Part shown: positions 53,706 to 64,000 of the stretch, piece after piece
Position numbering within the stretch: the first letter of the stretch is position 1
Layout of the letters: every line of letters starts with the position of its first letter
Program-made: the position numbers and the translations under genes
Source of the DNA: Chrysomallon squamiferum
Lineage: Eukaryota > Animalia > Mollusca
Direction: 5' to 3'
Assembly (NCBI GenBank): GCA_012295275.1
Contig: CM022672.1
Span: forward strand, 5,394,001-5,458,000
DNA: 64,000 bases
The notes under the pieces: generated by a model
Told to the model about the DNA's origin: nothing
Seen by the model: only the letters and a program-made list of their open reading frames with translations
Database searches by the model: none

Positions 53706-56700
53706 CTAGCTTGGTAAGTTGACACTGGAAATATCTTTTGTACTGTGGCAAGAACCAGACGGGGAAAACTTTGGAACTTCAGGAAGTTCAGGATCTGAAA
53801 TGAAAATAAAACATTTTATGACAATCAAACATGACCAAACAATATTTGTAAGAAATAACATCTTATTGTTCTATACACTTTTATCTATCCAAAGAGCACA
53901 TCTACCAGTTTCAAATAATAAATGTCTTACTAAGCTTTGTATCATTTACTTCATCTTAACTTCCTTATTAAAAATACAGCTGAATATAGTTTACCTTTCT
54001 TATTAACAGAAATGCCACTGAATACATTTTACCCTGCTTTCTAGCAGGAATACAGATTAAATCTTATCCAGCTTATTAACACATTTGCACTGCATAAATA
54101 TTACACTTACCAAAAAGAACATGTAAATGTACCTTGTTTAATTACAGAAATGCCACTAAGTAATCCTTACCCTGTTTATTTACAGAAATGCCACTGAGTA
54201 ATTCTTACCCTGTTTATTTACAGAAATACCACTGAGTAATTCTTACCCTGCTTATTTACAGAAATGCCACTAAGTATATCTGAAAGATCATCGATGTCGT
54301 GAGCTGTTTTTTCTCTGTCGTCTTTCAACAGTTCTTCCAGCTCTTCTTCTAACTCATCCTTTGTGACATCCGTCTCCAACACAGTGGACATCATTTCATT
54401 TACCTCTGACTGGTCTTCTAGAACCTGCAAAAATTTAAAATGTACAAAGAGTGATAAGTAATATATATTGGAAGATTCATAAAGACGAGTGTCAGACATG
54501 TTCTACAAGGCTTCTGTGAGATGTTTCAAACAGTAAATGAATCGTAAATGAAAAAACAGTGAATGAAATATTAAGTAGTATTTTTGTTTTGAAATTGTTC
54601 AATAACAAAAATTTATATTATTTCCAGAGTGTTTCATGTCTGTATTTCCCAATGTTACTATAACGCATTCCACATGTGACGTACACAGAAGCTGCTACAC
54701 CCCTGAAATAACGAACATGAAACCATTGCTACAGTTAAAATGTAGAGTATTTTCCTTGCTTTATTTCATTTTTTATGTTTCATACAAATTAAATTAAAAT
54801 ACTTTTAATAATAGCAGCAGACATTTAATTTTTTATTACAGAAAGACTTACATCATGCAGATCATCAGTGACTGTTTCAACTCTGTCCATCGGTGCCTTC
54901 TTAGTCAAATCTTTGATTGCATTCATACCTGTTTCATAGGCCTTTAGCACCTACAACACAATTAATTGTACATCCATTTGATAAAAACTGGCTATACTTG
55001 AATATCTCAGACACTATTTTCCATGTAAATCAGTAAATGTATTAAATATGAATGCCAGAGGTTTTCAGTACTAATCATCATCAGAGACAGAAAATGAAGG
55101 AAGAAATGTCATATTTAATGATACAATCAAACTATTTTTCATCTACGTTTATATAATATTATAAATGGTTATGAAACAAATAAACACTGAAATATGAATC
55201 ACATTGTTGCCGCAGATGGGTTATTCTTTATTATAAAAGCTAGCTGGAATTAACTTATATTAGTTAAGATTTTATAGACAGTGAGAAAAGAATAATTTTG
55301 TTGCCACATGATTTCTTCATCTTCATAATAAATTAGTTAAAAATTCAATTACTGCCAGGTACACTTATGTCCATCGAAGTTCCCACTGCTATACAATATA
55401 TGATATTAATGTGCTAATCAACTATTTAACCTTTTCATTTGTTGCAGCATCTTCAATTCTGTGAATGATCATGTCCAACATATCCACTGATGAAGATTTC
55501 TTATCTAGCAGTTTCTGAACAGTCTGACGTTTTCGTAACGAGTGAAGAGCCTGGGATTTAAAATAAAATATGTTAACTTTCACTGCACTGTCAGTTATCC
55601 TGAATACATCAACCTCAGAACATAACTGTAAAAAACTTCAGGGTTTACTGCATTTAAATTATTCAGTAAAATAATTTAAATTACATATGTTAGTACAAAT
55701 CTTATTGTAAATATTATTATATAAAAAAAAAAGTAAAAAAGATAAAGAAAATGTTAATTATCAAAGCTTTTTAGAATCAAAGACAATCAATTATTAATCT
55801 GCACCTTCTGGGCAATTGAACAAAACTTGGATCCTGAAACATTTTCATGTTTAACAGAGTACTGAATAAACTGTTGGCACAAAAAGCAAAATTATTTTGT
55901 GGATATAAATTTATTTCAATAGTGAATTACATGTCATCAAGATCAAGTGACTGCACTGAAAGCTACTCATTAAAATAAAAACTTTATGTTTGGTTTCTGC
56001 AAAATTGTCTCACAAAGCCAATATATAACCAGTTAGTGTGTGTGCGTGTGTTATTTTGAGTAACTGTTAAAATAATGAAACAAACCTGTCGTTTCTTTCC
56101 ATTTCTAACACAAAGTTGAGCTTCTTTGGTATGACTGAAAAACAAATGAAAAAAAAATAATAAACAAACAAATAGATCAAGCACATTAAAACCATAACAG
56201 ACAGAATTATTATTATTTTTTTTTTTTTAACTTTTTTTCTTCTTCATTTTCTTTAATTGAATTTTTTATATTTCACATAGAAATGTAGTTTACTTACATG
56301 TCAACTTGTTCTGAAAGTTGTTCTATTTGTTTTTCCAGGTTTCTTCTCACCCTCTGTATTCTGAAAAATAAAAAAATAAAAATAAAAATAAAATTTAAAA
56401 TATTATATATATAACGGAATTTCTTTAATTATTAAATGTAATTTTTCTTCTTTCTGACCAGTTTTATTATAGTGATAGGTGATAGTACAGTAACACTAGA
56501 TCTAATATTTCTGCTATGTGGTGCATATTATTATTATTAAAGTGGACAGACATTTTTAATTTGTTTTCTCCAAAATACATTATTTTATTGTACCTCTCAG
56601 CTTTATACGATATTTTTAAAGATGGCATCATTTATTTCCTGCACTGCACAGTTACAGTGCTTACAGAGAGTATTGTTTTTGGTTCTAAACTGCAATAGTC

Positions 56701-58930
56701 AAACACTTTCCCACCAAACCATGCGAGATCAAACCTGTGATGCTTGCTATGGAAGTGAACAACTACAATGATTTATATCTGTTATGGGGTACTGGTGTAA
56801 TGGATGTGAAGAAAGATTGTAAATATGTTATTGTAATTTTTGTCATTGTGAAGAGAGGACCCCTGCAATATAGGGAGACTTTTTCTTGGCTCTACAGGCA
56901 TCTGTACAAGACAGGTACCACTACATGTAAGATATGTATGTCAGAGAAAGTGTAAGACAAAACAATCTGTATTTATTACCATAATTATGATACTATCTCT
57001 ATGATAATATTATACATTTACACTGAATATTCTTTAAATAAACATTTATCAAAAATTTTCTAAACTTCTCACCAACGGAGGATAAATATCCTCAATACAT
57101 TTTTATTTTTTCAAATGATTATTTTATTTGTTATTGGACACAAATCTTTGCTAATAATAAGGTAGGAAAAAAAAAAATTATTTTGGTTGTCTTCATGTTA
57201 CTGATTACGCTTTTCTATTATGTAATTTCACACACAGAAATATTCCATTCTGTATGATCTATAATAACCTGTCTGGTGACTCTTTATCAGTCTTTCTGGA
57301 TTTATAACTTATTTTGAATTATGTTTACAAGCTTTTTTAAATTTAGAATACTACAGGAAGTACCTGTTTACATTCAGCTCCAGTTCTTCAATAGGTTTCA
57401 CTTGCTTCTCATTCTTCTTACAAAATTTTACTATCTGTAAAAATAAAATTATACTTTTACCTAAAAATAAAATAAAATAAAATAACAATAACAAAAAAAA
57501 TATATAATAAATTAGATTAAATATTTTAAAAAAAGAAGAAAACATAAAAAGTACCAAAAATCATATCCCTGCCAACAAAACAAGAAATATAGTTGTAAGA
57601 GCTATGGAAACCAGAATGTTAATATTTGATCTTTAACTGGAAAAGTTTAGAAAGAGATGAAGTTTCAGACATAATCTTCTTTGTATGTTTAGTGTATAAA
57701 TTGTAAGAAATAAAAACAAACCACATCATTTTCATTTATCTGCATTCTGATAATTTTCTTCTCCTTCTCCAGCTGGGTGAGTACAAGGTTTAAATCTGAG
57801 TCGTTTTTACACAGATCTTGATTTTCCTCCTGTACAGTTGCCATTTCAACAATATTGTCTGTCGACTCATGGCTTACTGAAGCATAATGATTCTCCAGTA
57901 ATTGAGAGGCAGCTTCCTACAAATTATAAAAAATGAAAATATTGTAAATTTATGTTTATGTTTTGTTGTTGTTTTTTGGGGGGTTGCCAATTTTTCTGTT
58001 TGCTGGGGGGGTTGTAAAAAGATTATGGAATAAATGGAAAGCTGAACGTATCAACAAAATAAAATAAACATAGAATTCTGTGATTAAGTATTATTTATCC
58101 TCATTAGACAAAGAAACAGATTGTTCAAGGAATCCTCAGAAATTGAATCTTGAGTTTTAGTCTGTAAATTTTATTTATTTATTAACTATTCTTAAATACA
58201 TTTTTGGCTATAAATGTATGTACACAAAATAATGACGAAATTAAATAAATAAAGTTATCAGTTAACCTATAAACATACTAGACAATCATATAATAAGTTG
58301 CTTTTAAAGTAAAACTGTGTTGCATGTGATTTAAAAATCTATTTCAGTTATGAGTAAGTAATAGCATGATAACTAATCAAAACAAACCTTTAGTAGTTCT
58401 GTGATAATAAACTGTTCAGATGTTTCATCAGTGTTTTTTAAAACTAATCCTAAACCCCAATTTAATGGTCGTTTCACAAATGTTGACATACCCCAAGATA
58501 TCCATCCACTGTTATTAGTTTGATGAAATTCTTGTAATGTTTGAAGTTTTTTCATTCTGTATAAAGTAAAACAATTTCTAGTAAATAATTTTTAACTGGA
58601 AAATATTTAAAATACAATTATTATTATTATTAAATTAATATATTTCAAATTATTATATTTATAAATTGTTTACCTTAACATTTCTTGAATTACTGTCTCT
58701 AGACATTTAGGTTTCTTTCCTTTTCTCAGAAATCGGGTAGACAGTTCATTAAGATCTATGACAAAGTCATGATTCATTTTAAAATCTCTCATTATTAAAT
58801 CCGCCCAGAATTTTAATTTTTTATCCCACGATTGTGGATTCAAAGACTTCTCTCTGAACGGTGCAAACATAACAGACATTTTCTGATCATCATTCCAGTC
58901 TGGGCCAAACTGGCTATCAGTGTCATCCAT
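53706..58930 (-). CDS. CHMP7: Charged multivesicular body protein 7 (ESCRT-II/III hybrid), 10 exons, about 429 aa
   Basis: Exons 58930-58674, 58556-58388, 57916-57722, 57434-57364, 56360-56298, 56134-56086, 55550-55431, 54950-54852, 54424-54247 and 53794-53706. N-terminal WNDDQKMSVMFAPFREKSLNPQSWDKKLKFW and SGWISWGMSTFVKRPLNWG, Snf7-like core (GKKRQALHSLRKR...NEKVLKAYETG...ELEEELEELL) and C-terminal ELPEVP. Confidence 0.93.
53990..54275 (-). repeat. 38-bp minisatellite built from the CHMP7 exon 9/intron 9 junction
   Basis: TACAGAAATRCCACTRAGTAATYCTTACCCTGYTTATT units start at 54143, 54181 and 54219, with a partial exonic unit at 54257 and a diverged copy near 54006. Confidence 0.9.
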
Positions 58931-60001
58931 TTTGATAATGAAATAATCTGAAGTATTAATTTATCATTATAAATTCCAAAAGTATTAAATAAATAAATTA
59001 TTTCCCATAACTTTCAGATTCACCAAACTAGACAGTCTTCCAATTTTACTATTTAACAGTGAAACAGTCGATTGATTTTTCCTTGTGTAAATCTCTCCGT
59101 ATTTCGTAGAGCAACTAATAAAGCTTTGAAATTATTCCAAAACTCTCTTTAACAAAATCAAATTAAATCAATTTATTAAGAAATTTTATTTATATATAAA
59201 AAACATTTCTTTAAATATTGATTATAAATATATTAATCACATTGTGATTTCAAATAACCACACAAAATGCATACATTCAATTTAATCTATTTTCAGGCTA
59301 GTCAAGATATAAATTGTAATGACATAAGGAAATACATTCTGTATACTTACAAGTTTATTGTTAAAAGTAAAATATGCCAGGAAGATAACAAGCTCATTTG
59401 AATTTATAGTGATTTCAATTCATTAACAGAAATGAAAAATCAAATCCCTGACAAACACAGGTACGTTAATTTTTGGTTGCCAAATTACATCCCAAAGACT
59501 GATGTCTAATAAATTAAATAATCACATGGGATAAGGCCCTTTATAAACAAAGTTACAATTTAATCTGAGTACCATTATGCTTATTGTTAAAGTGACTTTT
59601 AAATATGACTAACCAGCTGTGCATTATTGCATTCATGCAGTTTTTAGGAGGTGAGTTATTTTAAAACATATAACCATTCTTATTTTATTAAATATTAGAC
59701 ATTAGTTACTCCAGTATTTTATGAAACACTGTCATAAATATAATATTTTAAAATTTCGAAAGCGTGTCATACGTTCAGAAAATACTCAATATTTCTCCAT
59801 ACGTTTTGATGGGTTCGCCTTTGACTTTTAACTTACACTTTACAGAATACATGCACATATTTATAGAATCTGTGACGCGCGTCGTGACGTAGAAACATGG
59901 CTATTCTCTTTTGGTTTCTGAGACGACTTATCACTTGAAATATGTTTTTATGCTGTCTTCGTGTAAAATATAATTTAATATCGAACGGAGTTTAAAACAA
60001 C
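58931..60001. promoter_or_regulatory. Putative bidirectional promoter region shared by CHMP7 and ZFYVE28
   Basis: Divergent ATGs are about 1070 bp apart. The CpG cluster GTGACGCGCGTCGTGACGTAG at about 59872-59892 contains CRE half-sites. Confidence 0.55.
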
Positions 60002-60688
60002 ATGATGAATTCTATAAGAAAATGGTTATACAGACCTAAGGTAAATTTTATAAGTGTGATAAAAATTTAATTTTTTTTTAAGACTACTTTGTTCATTATT
60101 TCTACAACAGGAGTGTAAGAGGGAGGGCAGGTACTTCCGGAATGTGTCATTGTGTTTCTTTTTCTTTTATTCAAGTTAATCTCCAGATTATTGTCAGCAT
60201 ATCACAGCTGTATTCATTTTTAAACGAAAATTAGACTGACATCTATTTTAATCTAACTGTAGTTTAGCTAACCGTAACATACTAACAGCAATACGAAAGT
60301 CGGAAAGATAATAATCTAAATCTTCATTAAACCTAGCGTGAATTGAAATTTAGATACTCGTACTCGTAGAATCTAGAAAATAGAGTCTCAAAATGTCTTA
60401 ATTTCGGTATATTGCCCAGTTTTGTACATTCCAGAAACACGTTAAGGTAAAACAATTCGTATGGATGAATTTTGGGGCAGTAAAAAAAAAAAAAGAAAAG
60501 AAAAAAGATAATGAATTACACAAATGTTGCCCTCAGTCAAATCATCATAAATGAAAATATAAAACTTTAAAGTATTTTCTTGCAACCCACATCTCTCTCG
60601 GTGTTTTGATAATTAGGAGAAAACATTAAACAATGGTCGAATTATTATTATTATTATTATTATTATTATTGATGGCTTTTGCCCTCAG

Positions 60689-60766
<78 letters not shown>

Positions 60767-63700
60767 ATAATAATTCTATTTTATATTAATAACATTTGTT
60801 TACTAAACACCCAAATCACTTCAGAATAACATCCATCATGGCAGTAGGATGATTAATACAAGATAATAATTTAAAACCTGACATAATCAGTATTATATTG
60901 TAAATAGTGTTTGTTACAACTTTAAAATGGTGGACATATTAGTTTCATACTACTTTGTTTTACAGAAAACAGATACATCACTTCTTGCTCAATTTTTTTA
61001 CTGTGATGAAGAACTGAATCTAGTAGCTGCAGAACTTGATAGTTTTGATGGTAGGAAAGATCCAGAACGATGTTCTACACTAGTGAGCCAGTTGCGAGCC
61101 TCTCAGGACAAAGTGCTCAATATCATCCAGATGATCATGGATGAGGCTGTTCCAGGGCAGAGAGCCAGTCGAGATTTCAGGGTAAAATTTCCAGATGATG
61201 TTGTTCAAGAAAATCTCTCTGGACAGCTATGGTTTGGTGCAGAGGTTAGTATTTTCTTTATTACCAATTTTTTTTTTTTATCTGAAATTCTTTTTTTTTT
61301 CCAGCAGTTAACATAATTTAGAATTGTTTGTGTTTACAAACTTATGATGTTAATTATAACATAGCTTATATATTATACATTTTTCAGTGGCTAGGAAAAT
61401 TATTCAGAAGAAACTGTTCCAGAAGATAATGTATTAATATTTATTACTACATTTATTCTGCAAATTAGGAGCTGAAAATTAAAAATGTGATATGAATTGT
61501 TAAGAATTGTTTCTGAATTATAATAATGACTGTAACTTACAAATTCAGTGTTACTTATTTCTCTGTTTTCTTCTGCATAGTGTTTGGCTGCTGGTTCAAG
61601 CATTATGAACAGAGAAGTGGAAAGTGCTAGTATGCGCCCTCTTGCTCGCGCTCTTACAAAAAATCTTGACAGTCTGCGTACTATGCTGAGAGAACAGTGT
61701 CTAAGAAATGTTAATGACTATACGGAAAGGGTAAGCAGGTGACATTCAATAGAAAAATGTATTACTTTAGTTATATTTCTATTCTACAGTGATTCTTCAC
61801 AGCAGTGTTGCATTTATAATTTCTCCTGTTGTAATCTTACTTTACTACTTTAAATTTTTATATGTGTTTATAATTACTTTACTTGTACATTAATATTACA
61901 GTACAGCTTGTATATATATATATTTTTTCTTTTTTCAGTTGTTGAATATTAAATGTCAAAAATTATTGTGCTTGACTTTTCAGATAAAAGAAGCATTAAT
62001 AATCTTTGATAAGCTGTTCGCTGAATTTGAACTAAGGTAACCCTTTTTTTATATTACAAACATAGTCACACAAAAAACAAACATAATTGCCATAATACAT
62101 TATACACTTACAGTTGTTAAAATCAGAACATGATTAGTGGGGGAAAAAATTGTTTATTTTTTACAAATAATATATGTCTGGTTATTGTAGATTCTTTAGT
62201 ACTTTGTTTTTCAACAAAAATATATTTAATACTGATTATTTCAAAAAGCTGAATAGATTTCTACATTAATATTAATTATGACTGCATTTATATTTGAAAT
62301 ATTTAATGTGGAATATCAGTTTTTAAGGTTTCACAACTGGAGTACTATAACATTGTTAACAAAGAAAGATAATTTTCCTGCTGGAAGTAGATATTTGTAA
62401 TGTTAATACATATTATTAAATAAAAGTTTTAATATTTTAAATGAATTAAGATTTTGTGTTTACAGTTACGTGAGTGCTATGGTACCTGTGAAAACAATGA
62501 AGGAGTATGATACAATACAAGAAATGACAGTGTTGTATTCAGAAACTGTTGCCAGGTAACATATTAAACATTTTTTGATTTTTGTAAATACCATTTTTCG
62601 AGATTACTGTGATTATAATTCTTTCAGAATGTTTGAAATGCTTTGTTGCTACATAACAAAAACAGTAAAGATTGTTTATTCATTTTCTTACATTGTGTAT
62701 TCTTTCAGAGCTGTTCGACTTGGACATTTGAAACAAGAAGTGATTGATGAATATGATCCAGCACTCATGTTTACCATTCCTAGACTTGCCATAGTCTGGT
62801 ATGTAATTCAAAATATATTATTATAATATAATCTGTAATGTATTTCTTCATCAAGCTAGTAGCAGTATTTCTTTGTTTTTAGTCTTTTTTATATGTGTAT
62901 TGATTTAAAATTTTCAACTTTTTTAACATTTTGTTCTGTTTCAGTGGATTGTTGATATACCCAGAAGGACCTTTGAATCCAGATAATGATCCATGGAACA
63001 TGTCTGATATGTTTAGACCATTCCAAACCCTGCTTTTCAAAATAAGGTAAAAACTGTTGAGTTTTTTATTATTGTACTTTAATAGTTGTTCTTTGTTTAT
63101 GCTAAATTAATTATATTCTGAACATGTGGTAAGTCTGAAATACATTGATGTTTTGAAAAATACAAATTCTTTTTTTCTTAAATGGATTGAGATGAAGCAA
63201 AACTAAAATAATTGTATTTGTTTGGTGACATTTGTTTAAGAATATTGTAATTCTTTTTCATAATTTCTCACCATTCCCAGACCAAATTATATATTTTCAA
63301 ATTTATATGAATTTACCCCAGTAATGTTTTTTTTTTTTTTTTTTTTTTTTATGCCTTATTTTAAAAATAGAACCTTTTGACAATTAGTTCATAAAACTGT
63401 TAACAAATTTAATTCGTATTTGTTTTAGGGAACTGTTGTATACTTTGTCTAAAGAAGAGCTTTTCATGTTGGAAAAAGCTCTCTGCAGTGCTGAGGAACC
63501 TGACTTTCTGTCAAAATTATCATCCGAGACTGACAATGGCAATGGTCAAACTGACACGATCGAGAGTTCAGGATATCAGTATTTGTACGAAGAAACTTTC
63601 AGCGAACCTTTCATTGTTCACACTCCAAATTCTGGAAGTCCTGTTACACCAACTGCTCAGAAAGATTTTGTTGCTGGAACAATGTCTAACTCCTCATCAT

Positions 63701-64000
63701 GCATGACTGTCGTTGAACGATCCAGGCATGACAGTACTGAAGAAAAGGACTTCTTTGAGGACAATGAAAAATGTGATATTGATAGTTGTGATAGGGAGGG
63801 TTTGGGTGAGGATGTCAGCAGTTCTGACTCGATGCACATTGGCGAAGAACAGTCCTCGATGTTCAGTGCAGCTGGGGAGGCTCAGATGTCTGACAATGAT
63901 GAAAGTAGCACTGATTTCAGAAGTGGATATGATTCTTCTTTAATTAATGGTAACAACACGAGCTTGTCTATAGTTAGTATGTGTGCTGACATAGTAAATG
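60002..64000 (+). CDS. ZFYVE28: Lateral signaling target protein 2 homolog (FYVE-domain protein), 5' part; 3' truncated by window
   Basis: Exons 60002-60040, 60966-61244, 61581-61730, 61984-62036, 62466-62555, 62709-62798, 62945-63046 and 63429->64000. [13 protein letters not shown]...[29 protein letters not shown]...[33 protein letters not shown]...[13 protein letters not shown] matches Lst2. Confidence 0.95.
60691..60763. repeat. (CT)n microsatellite in ZFYVE28 intron 1
   Basis: Directly visible dinucleotide run. Confidence 0.95.

Noticed and set aside
54130-54275. CRISPR-like regularly spaced repeats
   Set aside because: The units are contiguous with no unique spacers, lie in a eukaryotic intron, and have no cas genes nearby; this is a minisatellite.
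931-64000. Most short ORF-track entries (poly-I, poly-F, CVCV and HTHT peptides)
   Set aside because: They are translations of microsatellites, poly-T tracts or antisense frames of real exons, and show no independent coding signal.

Overview
AT-rich, microsatellite-rich animal genomic DNA with spliceosomal introns; the repeat content and protein sequences suggest a mollusc or other lophotrochozoan (inference). Manual splicing gives eight protein-coding genes, in order: TRUB1 (3' end only, +), WDR11 (30 exons, -), a PLPP4/5-type lipid phosphate phosphatase (+), NME6 (+), a divergent AHR/spineless-related bHLH-PAS factor (10 exons, -), an intronless AP5S1 nested antisense in that factor's probable GC-AG intron (+), CHMP7 (-) and ZFYVE28/Lst2 (5' part only, +). 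WDR11/PLPP and CHMP7/ZFYVE28 are head-to-head pairs. Also present are a TIR-bounded MITE, SINE-core remnants, local duplications and many microsatellites. The most notable items are the atypical AHR-like gene (altered DNA-contact residues, a splicing puzzle, a nested gene, an intronic CGTG cluster), tandem copies of a CHMP7 splice donor, and gene linkage matching the human 4p16/8p/10q/20p13 paralogon. No tRNA, rRNA or CRISPR was recognised. All homology calls come from remembered protein sequences, not database searches.
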